From the NCBI GenBank assembly GCA_045119815.1, contig JBGVEC010000005.1:12642-76641 (forward strand): a DNA stretch of 64,000 nt, read 5' to 3'. The DNA comes from Paludibacteraceae bacterium (GTDB lineage Bacteria; Bacteroidota; Bacteroidia; Bacteroidales; Paludibacteraceae). Position 1 is the first letter of the stretch. Each line of letters starts with the position of its first letter. Made by a program: the position numbers and the translations under genes. Shown piece after piece: positions 55,783 through 64,000 of the stretch. The notes under the pieces were generated by a model. The model was not told where the DNA came from, ran no database searches, and saw only the letters and a list, made by a program, of their open reading frames with translations.

Positions 55783-55848
55783 GAAGTTCCTATGAAGTTC
55801 CTATGAAGTCCCTATGAAGTTCCTATGAAGTTCCTATGAAGTTCCTAT
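55783..55848. repeat. 6 tandem copies of the 11-mer GAAGTTCCTAT (one copy reads GAAGTCCCTAT)
   Basis: Read directly. Confidence 0.97.
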
Positions 55849-55871
55849 AGAGACAGAGGGCAACAAGGAGG

Positions 55872-55914
55872 GGTAAGGTTAAAGGTTAGAGGCGAAAGGC
55901 GAGAGGCGAAAGGC
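55872..55914 (+). repeat. GGTAAGG/TTAAAGG/TTAGAGG then GGCGAAA/GGCGAGA/GGCGAAA heptamers, intergenic
   Basis: ggtaaggttaaaggttagaggcgaaaggcgagaggcgaaaggc. Confidence 0.9.
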
Positions 55915-55920
55915 ATAAAT

Positions 55921-55946
55921 AAAGCTGCGTTTGAAGACGCAGCTTT
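55921..55946 (-). terminator. Hairpin downstream of the GH13 gene
   Basis: aaagctgcgt-ttgaag-acgcagcttt, with A/T-rich flanks on both sides. Confidence 0.65.
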
Positions 55947-55970
55947 ATTTTGTGTATGAGATGAGAATGA

Positions 55971-58655
55971 TTAGCGGATTACCTTTTGGGTTGCTGTCTT
56001 ACCATTCTTCTCGAGTTGAATGATATACATACCATTCTTCAATGCACCCATATTCACCTGCTCTACATTATTTTGAACAGAAACTACTTGACCATTGACA
56101 TTGTAGATAGTCACATTGTATGGAGGAAGAACCTCAGAAGTTGAACCTGAGAATACGAGATCCTCGAGATCAGTAGTGATAGCAGGCAACTTACACTCTT
56201 TGCCTGTAAGGATAACATACTCACCTGGAGCAAGTGTGATAGTTGTAGCAGTTTGTTTCTTTTGCTCGAAGTAGTTGTACCAAGTACCTGAAGGAACATT
56301 AACCGTTTGGTTACCTGTTACGCCAAAGTTACCTGCAACGAAAACATTGCTATCCCATTGGATAGTACGAAGTGACTTACCTGAACCAAGACTAGATGCA
56401 GTTGGGTTACCCTCGAATACCTCTGGCATGAGACGAGTACGAAGTTGGATGGTTTGACCTACTTTCTTGAATGCAGCATGACGGCAATGAGGTGCTTTCA
56501 TCCAAGCCTCTGGACGATATTTAGCTTGCATCTTGCAGTCGTAATCAGCACCAAGTTGACTTGTTATTCCGTAATCGTTTTTACCCCATTTGCCTTGTGC
56601 GTTTTGATATTTAGAATAATCGAAACCAAGTTCAGCGAAGTGATAGAACATCTTAGGACCATTGAGCATAGTCAAGAACGCCATATTCAAAGGTACGCGC
56701 GCTGCACGAGCCTCCTCGCTAGTTTTGAGGTCACCATTACCCCATTGTTTAGCCTTGAAGAATGCACGTTCCTCATCGTGGCTCTCGCAGTAGGTAACAT
56801 AGTTATCTTTATTAGCAGATGATAAGTCATCACCATCTTTGAGCCAACCCATAGCGGTTTGGTAGTAAGCGTTAGTGGTGTTATCCCAACACATCATACC
56901 CGCATTAACGAGTTGTGGACGCTCAGAACCCATATTGCCCCCCCAGTGCTCGAGAATCATATAGGCAGTAGGAGAAACGGCTTTTACGCCATACTCATAG
57001 TAGTGTTTGATATTGCCAACCGAAGTGTTCGCCTTGGTACCACAGAGACCATGGCTAAGGTCCATACGGAAACCGTCCACCTTGTACTCAGTAAGCCAAT
57101 AAGCGAGTGAGCGAGTAAACATAGTCTTGGTAGGACCGAAATCGTGGTTCCAGTCCTCGTATACGTTGTCAGAGTGAGGTGCAGTAGCATTGAACCAAGG
57201 GTTGCTGCTCAAGTCAGTACCATAAGGATAAAGTTTGTTCATTGGGTTAAGACCTGTAGCGTGGTTGAAGACCATATCAAGAATGACAGCGATGCCGCGT
57301 TTGTGACATTCATCAACGAAAGTCTTGAGATCATCAGAAGTACCATATGCACGGTCAAGCGCGAAGAAGTGGTTAGGAGAATACCCCCAGCTGTCATTGC
57401 CATCAAACTCGGTGATAGGCATGAGCTCAACAGCGTTCACACCAAGATCCTCGATATAGTCAAGACGATCTATGAGCCCCTTGATATTGCGAGAAGGTGT
57501 GTGGTCATATACCCAAAGTTCGTAGATAACGAGGTTGTTTTTGTTAGGGCGTTTGAAGTTGAGGGTAGCATCAGACCATTTGAAGGCAGGTTTGTTGGTT
57601 TGAAGAACTGTGACGTAGCCATCACCTTGTGCGGGATAGTTGCTCTTGTAGCCAGAAATCCATTTGTCATCTGGATGCTTGAGTTCGGTGGAATAGAGAT
57701 CAGAAATGCGCACCACTTTGCCATCAGCACGAACCACTACGTATTGCATAGCGTACTCTTGACCAGGGTTGAGACCTGTGAGTTCAATCCAGAAGTATGC
57801 ACTATCGTTAGCTTGCTTGAGTTGGTAATCGTTAGAGATGGTCCATTTGTTGAAATCACCTACGACGAATACATTTTTCGCAGGTTCAGTTTTGCTTCCT
57901 GCATATGTACAAAGGGTTACTTTAGTAGGGTTAATCTTATCATAATAGATACCATTTACGATACCAGCAGGACGATTAGCCTTGGTTGGAGCGTTTGGAA
58001 CGCAGGTGAAAGCAGTAGCTTTAGCCGTTTGTGCACCAGAAGTAGCAGTAAACTCAATATTGTAGTTACCTTGTTTTGCAAAGGTGTATTCATGTGTAAG
58101 TTGGGTACCCGTAGCTGTTTTAACCGTTTCGCCATTGATCTTGAGCGTAAGACTAGCAGAAACGGTAGCATTACCAGTAAGAGTAACTTTGGTATTGAGT
58201 GATGTAATCTCGGCAAATTCATTGATAGAAACAGCAAGACCTTTGTCAGCTAAATTTACGAAGATATCACCATTATCCGCCGTTTTACCTTCCTTAGAAC
58301 CGCCAGGGCCATCGTTGAACACAAAGCATAGACGATTGATTTCTGTAGTTGCAGAAACACCGTAGTATTCATACATATTAGGGGTAATTTTCAGCTCCCA
58401 ATTTCCATCTGCGTTTTTGGTCATTTCGTATTTTTCTTTTCCATCACGCCAACCACTAGTATTTGTCCAGTTGTTAATACCCGTATGCGCATAACACTTA
58501 GTCGCGTTAGCCATACCTTTGTTACCTTCGTTAGGATTGAAGATAATTGTGATCTCTCCTGTGTATCCCTTTTGGATAATAGCAGGAATTGTAGTCACCT
58601 GTGCTACCGCTGTAAGAGCGAAGACAGATAAAAATAGAAGTGTTAATTTTCTCAT
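55971..58655 (-). CDS. GH13 alpha-amylase-family glycosidase with N-terminal carbohydrate-binding/Ig-like domains and a T9SS CTD
   Basis: DMVFNHA, GFRMDLSHG, ILEHWG, YCESHDE (GH13 regions I-IV). C-terminus TIYNVNGQVVSVQ...NGMYIIQLEKNGKTATQKVIR. Confidence 0.85.
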   Translation of the reverse strand: MRKLTLLFLSVFALTAVAQVTTIPAIIQKGYTGEITIIFNPNEGNKGMANATKCYAHTGINNWTNTSGWRDGKEKYEMTKNADGNWELKITPNMYEYYGVSATTEINRLCFVFNDGPGGSKEGKTADNGDIFVNLADKGLAVSINEFAEITSLNTKVTLTGNATVSASLTLKINGETVKTATGTQLTHEYTFAKQGNYNIEFTATSGAQTAKATAFTCVPNAPTKANRPAGIVNGIYYDKINPTKVTLCTYAGSKTEPAKNVFVVGDFNKWTISNDYQLKQANDSAYFWIELTGLNPGQEYAMQYVVVRADGKVVRISDLYSTELKHPDDKWISGYKSNYPAQGDGYVTVLQTNKPAFKWSDATLNFKRPNKNNLVIYELWVYDHTPSRNIKGLIDRLDYIEDLGVNAVELMPITEFDGNDSWGYSPNHFFALDRAYGTSDDLKTFVDECHKRGIAVILDMVFNHATGLNPMNKLYPYGTDLSSNPWFNATAPHSDNVYEDWNHDFGPTKTMFTRSLAYWLTEYKVDGFRMDLSHGLCGTKANTSVGNIKHYYEYGVKAVSPTAYMILEHWGGNMGSERPQLVNAGMMCWDNTTNAYYQTAMGWLKDGDDLSSANKDNYVTYCESHDEERAFFKAKQWGNGDLKTSEEARAARVPLNMAFLTMLNGPKMFYHFAELGFDYSKYQNAQGKWGKNDYGITSQLGADYDCKMQAKYRPEAWMKAPHCRHAAFKKVGQTIQLRTRLMPEVFEGNPTASSLGSGKSLRTIQWDSNVFVAGNFGVTGNQTVNVPSGTWYNYFEQKKQTATTITLAPGEYVILTGKECKLPAITTDLEDLVFSGSTSEVLPPYNVTIYNVNGQVVSVQNNVEQVNMGALKNGMYIIQLEKNGKTATQKVIR

Positions 58656-58698
58656 AAGTTATAATATTTATTGTTTGAATATCTGCTAAATTTGGCGA

Positions 58699-58706
58699 CA
58701 AAGTTA
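58699..58706 (-). promoter_or_regulatory. Candidate -7 box TAACTTTG for the GH13 gene
   Basis: The plus strand reads caaagtta, 44 nt upstream of start 58655. Confidence 0.45.
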
Positions 58707-58741
58707 GTAAAAAAATTTAATATATACAAATATTACGATAA

Positions 58742-59827
58742 TTATTTGATGATTCCGCCACCTACGAGCAGTCCATCCTTATATATTACTACGGATTGTC
58801 CAGGTGTTACGCCCCAAACAGGTTGGTCAAAATGGATATTGATTATTGGCGACAGGTTATTGGTCAGTTGGGATAATTGCACAGTAGCCGAAACGGCAGG
58901 TGACTTATACCGAATGCGAGCAGTAACCTGAGGAGAGTCTTTGAGCCATTGCATATCCCGAATACGAACATCGCACGCTTGCACATCACAAGTATAGAGT
59001 TCGTCATGGTCACCTAGAACAACGGTATTGGTCTGAGCATCAATCTTTAAGACATGTTTAGGAGAACCTAAAGCAATGCCTAATCCCTTGCGCTGGCCAA
59101 TGGTGTAGTTACAGAAGCCGCAATGCGAGCCAAGTATTTTGCCCTCCCTATCAATATAGCAACCTGGTTCTACATGCAATCCCTGTTGGGAGAGGAAAGT
59201 GCGATAATCGTTATTAGGTATAAAACAAATATCCTGACTTTCTGCCTTCTTGCTCAGTTCAACATAACCATGTTCAAACGCTATTTGTCTTACCTGTGTT
59301 TTGGTCAGTCCTCCAAGCGGAAAAATTGTCCGACGGAGGTTTTCCTCCGTGAGCATCCAAAGAAAATAGGTTTGATCCTTGATAGAATCAACCGCATTCT
59401 GTAGATAAAGATGTCCACGATGCTCAGCTATTTGTGCATAATGTCCCGTCGCTACATAGTCGCAACCATACATATCGGCAGCCTCTAATAATTTGCCCCA
59501 CTTTATATGAGAATTGCACATCACACATGGGTTTGGCGTTCTGCCATTGGCATACTCATCCACAAAATTAGAGATGACATATTGGCGGAAGGTCTCTCGG
59601 AAATCCAACACATGGTGCTCTATCCCTAAGAGTTGCGCCATATTCTGTGCCTCCGTGATACTATCTTCAGAGCAACATCCTTTGGTATTGGCAAGATTAG
59701 CATCCTGGACCACGTCAAAAGTACGGAACGTGGCACCCACCAACTCGTAGCCCTGCTCTTGGAGGAGTATGGCAGCAACGGTGGAGTCAATTCCTCCCGA
59801 CATTCCTATGAGTACACGCTTAGACAT
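58742..59827 (-). CDS. mnmA: tRNA 2-thiouridine(34) synthase
   Basis: PP-loop GMSGGIDSTV. I chose the Met at 59827 (MSKRVLIG) so that the gene does not overlap the sulP end. Confidence 0.92.
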   Translation of the reverse strand: MSKRVLIGMSGGIDSTVAAILLQEQGYELVGATFRTFDVVQDANLANTKGCCSEDSITEAQNMAQLLGIEHHVLDFRETFRQYVISNFVDEYANGRTPNPCVMCNSHIKWGKLLEAADMYGCDYVATGHYAQIAEHRGHLYLQNAVDSIKDQTYFLWMLTEENLRRTIFPLGGLTKTQVRQIAFEHGYVELSKKAESQDICFIPNNDYRTFLSQQGLHVEPGCYIDREGKILGSHCGFCNYTIGQRKGLGIALGSPKHVLKIDAQTNTVVLGDHDELYTCDVQACDVRIRDMQWLKDSPQVTARIRYKSPAVSATVQLSQLTNNLSPIINIHFDQPVWGVTPGQSVVIYKDGLLVGGGIIK

Positions 59828-59840
59828 ATTGGTTAGACGG

Positions 59841-61565
59841 TTAGGCGGAAATGATTTCTTGTGCGCGTGCAAGAGCACCGTTGATATGATTACGGACATT
59901 CTCTTTGCCAATCATCTTCACAAGTCCCGCTTTATCAAGGGTTTTGTATACATTTTCGTTGACACCAGATAAAACGAGCGTCATTCCACATCGTTGCGAG
60001 CGCAAGAATAGTTGCTCAAGATTGTGGATACCTGTTGAGTCCATGAATGAGACTTTACGCATACGTAAGATTCTCACCTTCTGACCATCAGTTCCCATAC
60101 GTTGGCTAATCTCATCGAACTTATTGGCTATACCAAAGAAATAAGGGCCATCAATCTCATACACTTCGGTGTGTGGAGGGATATGCAATTTCTCCAGGTC
60201 GTTGCCATGCAAACGAATATCATTGCTAAGGGTAGGATCAATCTCATCAGAGAAGGAGCGAATAACCGTAGTTTCATTTGTGCGTTTGAGGAAGAGAATC
60301 ACCGCTAGAAGCAGACCTATCTCAATCGCTATAGTAAGATCAAATATCACCGTTAACACAAATGTAACAAGCATAACGATAACGTCAGACTTAGGTGCTT
60401 TAGAAAGAGCAATTATCTCACGCCATCCAGACATATTATAGCTCACAATTATCAACACTCCTGCTAGGCATGCCATTGGAATCATACCTACGAGAGGACC
60501 GAAACACAGTAGTACAAGAAGCAATACCACAGCATGTATCATACCCGCTACAGGAGTACGACCTCCATTATTAATATTAGCCATGGTACGAGCAATAGCA
60601 CCCGTTGCTGGAATGCCTCCAAAGAAAGGAGTAACCACATTAGCAACGCCTTGGGCAATCAGTTCGGTATTCGAGTTATGTTTATCACCGATCACGCCAT
60701 CCGCCACCATAGCAGATAGCAGAGATTCGATAGCACCCAACATAGCAATGGTAAAGGCAGAAGGGAAAAGCTCCTGTATGAGGTTGATCAGGGTCTGTCC
60801 ATCGCTTAGATTAAGTTCTGGTAAATGGGGTGCAGGCATACCACTTGGCAAAGTATAAAGATCACCAATAGTAGTAATCGATGTAATACCACCAAACTTA
60901 CGCAACAACCATACTACCAATGTCATTAAAACAATTGCCAGTAATGAACCAGGAATCTTCTTGCTCAATTTGGTAGAGAAGATAATAATCAACAACGAAG
61001 CTATACCAATAGCAAAGGCCCACCAATTAATATCACGCCAATGTTGAAAATAGCAAATCCATTTATGAATAAAATCGGCAGGAGCATCTTGGATTCCCAT
61101 GCCAAAAAGATCATTCATTTGGGTAGAAAAAATAGTAACTGCAATACCAGCTGTAAAACCAACGATGACTGGATATGGTACAAACTTAATCACATTACCC
61201 AACTTGAATACTCCCATAAGAATGAGTAATATACCCGCCATAATAGTAGCGATGAGCAAGCCTGTAAGACCATGTTGCTGGATAATACCATAAATAATGA
61301 CAATAAACGCGCCTGTAGGTCCACCAATTTGTACCTTGCTACCACCAAAGGCAGAAATAATGAATCCTGCAATAATAGCTGTCACTAAACCTTCTGTAGG
61401 ACCAACGCCAGAAGAAATACCAAAAGCAATAGCAAGAGGAATAGCTACAACTGCCACAATCATACCTGCTATGAGGTCTTGAAGAAGTTTCTCTTTGCTG
61501 TAGCCTTTTAGCGTAGAAAATAGTTTTGGACGAAAAACATCCTTAAATGAAAAATAACTTTGCAT
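59841..61565 (-). CDS. SulP family inorganic anion transporter with a C-terminal STAS domain
   Basis: 574 aa, polytopic. C-terminal STAS-like VRILRMRKVSFMDSTGIHNLEQL. Confidence 0.85.
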   Translation of the reverse strand: MQSYFSFKDVFRPKLFSTLKGYSKEKLLQDLIAGMIVAVVAIPLAIAFGISSGVGPTEGLVTAIIAGFIISAFGGSKVQIGGPTGAFIVIIYGIIQQHGLTGLLIATIMAGILLILMGVFKLGNVIKFVPYPVIVGFTAGIAVTIFSTQMNDLFGMGIQDAPADFIHKWICYFQHWRDINWWAFAIGIASLLIIIFSTKLSKKIPGSLLAIVLMTLVVWLLRKFGGITSITTIGDLYTLPSGMPAPHLPELNLSDGQTLINLIQELFPSAFTIAMLGAIESLLSAMVADGVIGDKHNSNTELIAQGVANVVTPFFGGIPATGAIARTMANINNGGRTPVAGMIHAVVLLLVLLCFGPLVGMIPMACLAGVLIIVSYNMSGWREIIALSKAPKSDVIVMLVTFVLTVIFDLTIAIEIGLLLAVILFLKRTNETTVIRSFSDEIDPTLSNDIRLHGNDLEKLHIPPHTEVYEIDGPYFFGIANKFDEISQRMGTDGQKVRILRMRKVSFMDSTGIHNLEQLFLRSQRCGMTLVLSGVNENVYKTLDKAGLVKMIGKENVRNHINGALARAQEIISA

Positions 61566-61618
61566 TACCTTAAAAAAATCTTATTCAGACACCTTAATAT
61601 ATTAATATTCTTTCTACT

Positions 61619-62089
61619 TTACTCATGATGGTATGGTTCGCCACGAAGAATAGTCATCGCACGATATATCTGCTCCACAAAGAACAATCGTACCATCTGA
61701 TGCGAAAACGTCATTTTACTCAATGATATTTTACCATTCGCTCGTTCGTACACAGTCTGAGAAAAACCATATGGACCACCCACTACAAAAACCACGTCTC
61801 TGCCTGACGACATTTTCTTTTGCAGATAATCAGCATATTCTATCGAACGATACTCCTTCCCCCTTTCATCCAGTAATATCATATCCGTAGAAGGTGTTAT
61901 CTGTCGCAGAATAAGTTCGCCCTCTGCTTGCTTCTGTTGTTCGGAGGTCAATGACTTGGTATTCTTGAGTTCGGGTATAACTGCTATGTTAAATGGCACA
62001 TAGTGAACAAGACGTTTTTGGTAGTCCTGCAATAGTGCTTCAATATGTGCATCAGTAGTTTTGCCTACAACAAGAAGAGTTATTTTCAT
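61619..62089 (-). CDS. rlmH: 23S rRNA (pseudouridine1915-N3)-methyltransferase
   Basis: 156 aa SPOUT. FVVGGPYGFS, SKMTFSHQMVR. Confidence 0.9.
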   Translation of the reverse strand: MKITLLVVGKTTDAHIEALLQDYQKRLVHYVPFNIAVIPELKNTKSLTSEQQKQAEGELILRQITPSTDMILLDERGKEYRSIEYADYLQKKMSSGRDVVFVVGGPYGFSQTVYERANGKISLSKMTFSHQMVRLFFVEQIYRAMTILRGEPYHHE

Positions 62090-62829
62090 ATACCTCGTTG
62101 TTGTTTAATATGTTCATATGCCTCGTTAATGGCACGAAACTTATCAGTAGCTTGTTGACGAATCTCTTCTCCTGCATTAGCCACCTTATCTGGATGATAC
62201 TTCATTGCCATTCGTCTATATGCTTTTTTCACCTCCTCATTCGTAACAGAAGGAGTAATCTCCAATGCTGTATATGCCCAATTAGCATCCTTACTACGCT
62301 GGTATAAAGCCAGTATTGACTGATAATCAGCATCTTGAACACTCATATCCATAGAGATACTAGAAATTATCTCTAACTCTAACTCATGAAGTTCACCATC
62401 TGCATTAGCAACCGCTAATAGGAGATGCACCAACTCCAAACGGGTCGAATAGTTAATATGTTGCCCTATTTGTTGTGCTACAGCTTTTGCATCAATATCT
62501 TGTTTGAGCAATTCTTTGAGCAACAATAATGCTTGCTTTGCTCCTGCCTCTCCAAAGGTCTTTAACAAGAATGGTTTAATGCAATTAATCTCAGACTTAA
62601 GCACCCTTCCGTCTGACTTAATGACGCAAGCTATCAAAACAATAATTGATACACGCACATCCCCTGCTGTGGTTCGTTGTGCACGAAAAGTGCGATTCGT
62701 AGAAGAGGAAGTTTGATTATCCGCTCCGTTTTTCTCAAACAACGATGCAATCAACACACCTATGATCGAACCGATGGGGCCACCAACTGCGAAGCCTAAT
62801 CCGCCTAATATCCATTTTCCAAGTGACAT
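62086..62829 (-). CDS. TerB-like domain + C-terminal J-domain protein (DjlA type)
   Basis: N-terminal TM, TerB-like middle part. J-domain KKAYRRMAMKYHPDK. Confidence 0.75.
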   Translation of the reverse strand: MSLGKWILGGLGFAVGGPIGSIIGVLIASLFEKNGADNQTSSSTNRTFRAQRTTAGDVRVSIIVLIACVIKSDGRVLKSEINCIKPFLLKTFGEAGAKQALLLLKELLKQDIDAKAVAQQIGQHINYSTRLELVHLLLAVANADGELHELELEIISSISMDMSVQDADYQSILALYQRSKDANWAYTALEITPSVTNEEVKKAYRRMAMKYHPDKVANAGEEIRQQATDKFRAINEAYEHIKQQRGI

Positions 62830-62839
62830 GACGTATAGT

Positions 62840-63631
62840 TTATAGTTTAGATATAGCTAGTTGTAAATCTTCGGGAGTATCTATTCCTATAGAAGCATGA
62901 TGAGTAAGCGCAACACGTATTGTAAACCCATTCTCAAGCCAACGGAGTTGCTCTAACGATTCGCTTTTCTCGAGTGAAGATGGAGGCAAGTGTGTTATTT
63001 GCTGCAAAACATCTGCACGATAGGCATACATTCCAATATGACGAAAATGCTTTCCTTGTAGAAGCCACTCATTCTGTTCCACTCCACGGAGATATGGAAT
63101 CACACTACGCGAAAAATAGAGAGCTCTGCCTATGGTTGTATTGTTAGTACCCTTTGTTTCACGCGCAATGGCCACCTTAACGTAGTTCGGATTTTGCAAG
63201 TCCTCCCAAGTATCATTCACTGTAAACGGATGTACAAGCGTAGCTATCTCTGTAGGGAAACAATCCATTAATGCCTTAATCTGATCAGGCTGAATAAAAG
63301 GTTCATCACCTTGGATATTTACCACAACAATGTCATGATGATTCGGAAGTTCTATACGATTTTGGAGTTCAGAAGTGTAGATTTGATAAGCCTCATATAC
63401 GCGATCAGTACCACAAGTATGATCAGGAGATGTCATAACAACCTCACCACCAAATGCTCTAACACAGTCATAAATACGCGTATCGTCAGTAGCGACGAGA
63501 ACGTGATCTAACACTTTTTTTGCCTGTTCATAGACACGTTGGATCATAGGTTTGCCACCTAGATCCGCCAATGGTTTGCCAGGGAAACGTGTACTCGCGT
63601 AACGAGCGGGTATGATACCGATAAAAATCAT
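62840..63631 (-). CDS. kdsB: 3-deoxy-manno-octulosonate cytidylyltransferase
   Basis: IIPARYASTRFPGKPL, NIQGDEP. Confidence 0.92.
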   Translation of the reverse strand: MIFIGIIPARYASTRFPGKPLADLGGKPMIQRVYEQAKKVLDHVLVATDDTRIYDCVRAFGGEVVMTSPDHTCGTDRVYEAYQIYTSELQNRIELPNHHDIVVVNIQGDEPFIQPDQIKALMDCFPTEIATLVHPFTVNDTWEDLQNPNYVKVAIARETKGTNNTTIGRALYFSRSVIPYLRGVEQNEWLLQGKHFRHIGMYAYRADVLQQITHLPPSSLEKSESLEQLRWLENGFTIRVALTHHASIGIDTPEDLQLAISKL

Positions 63632-63643
63632 TGTACAACAGGA

Positions 63644-64000
63644 TTATTCGTCATCCTCTATGTATTGATATGGCGTATCTACAGTTTTTTTAGTCCATTT
63701 TGTACGGATATAATCAAAACCATATCGATTATTCTTTTTCTTATGCCCATAACCGTAACCATAGCCGTAGCCATAGCCATAACCATATTTAGAACCGTAA
63801 CCATAGCCATAACCATATGCATATCCTTGTCCAGATTTGTCTGTTGGTATATCAGAAAGGATAACATTCACTTTATCCTTGTGATAGATAGCCAGATTAT
63901 CTAGTGTAGATTTAGCAAAACGCTTATCGGTAGAGGTACAACGAACTGCATACAGAGTGATATCCGTTTGTTCAATCAATGCCATAGCGTCAGGTACAAT
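63644..64000 (-). CDS. C-terminal part of a polysaccharide-export tyrosine autokinase (BY-kinase), truncated by the window edge
   Basis: The frame is open to base 64000. Tail GQGYAYGYGYGYGSKYGYGYGYGYGYGYGHKKK is a Tyr cluster as in Wzc/Etk-type kinases. Confidence 0.65.
   Translation of the reverse strand: MVPDAMALIEQTDITLYAVRCTSTDKRFAKSTLDNLAIYHKDKVNVILSDIPTDKSGQGYAYGYGYGYGSKYGYGYGYGYGYGYGHKKKNNRYGFDYIRTKWTKKTVDTPYQYIEDDE

Noticed and set aside
55783-55848. GAAGTTCCTAT x6 equals the first 11 nt of the 13-bp FLP recognition arm of the yeast FRT site (GAAGTTCCTATTC).
   Set aside because: All copies are direct and head-to-tail. There is no inverted arm, no 8-bp spacer and no recombinase gene nearby. 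I treat the match as coincidence; the array is reported only as an 11-bp tandem repeat.
57144-58202. 352-aa ORF antisense to the GH13 gene. Similar long antisense ORFs occur at 5171-5902 (opposite glyA), 5695-6108, 583-927, 786-1166 and 19449-19928.
   Set aside because: Each lies entirely within a well-supported conserved gene on the other strand, and its translation is low-complexity or motif-free. These are typical shadow ORFs.

Overview
This window looks like a Bacteroidota (Bacteroidales-like) chromosomal segment. That assignment is an inference from TAnnTTTG-type promoter boxes, the absence of Shine-Dalgarno sites, T9SS parts and T9SS C-terminal-domain (CTD) cargo proteins. I can support about 46 protein genes. 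Most are housekeeping: rlmD, manA, glyA, coaD, ribBA, cdd, tilS, aroE, gltX, ftsY, mtaB, rho, aroQ, bcp, nadC, pepP, a PBP1A, aspC, mnmA, a SulP transporter, rlmH and kdsB. There is also an oxidative-stress pair (reverse-type rubrerythrin plus Fe/Mn SOD), two sugar-nucleotide enzymes (DegT-type aminotransferase, CapD/PglF-type dehydratase), and two tentative T9SS parts (a DUF4835/PorD-like protein and a PorT-like barrel). At least two clear T9SS CTD cargo proteins are present: a 1678-aa giant and a GH13 amylase. A ~13 kb minus-strand block (23221-36372) holds only uncharacterised secreted or membrane proteins plus one DUF4062/AlbA_2-type gene. I saw no rRNA, tRNA, CRISPR array, transposase or integrase. 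The most unusual signal is not a gene. It is a pervasive family of short degenerate tandem repeats, mostly with a 7-bp period (GGCGAAA/GGCGAGA, GGCTATA/GGCAATT, GTGTAGA/GTGTAAG, GTTGAGA and others). With it comes a 52-55 bp element flanked by AGTTTAGAGG direct repeats and carrying small hairpins. These units fill many of the intergenic spacers, often starting right at the stop codon. They also sit in frame inside conserved genes (mtaB twice, rho, aroQ, gltX, ribBA, pepP, an S8 peptidase, a DUF4831-like gene and one accessory-block gene). All product calls come from motifs read by eye; no database search was run.
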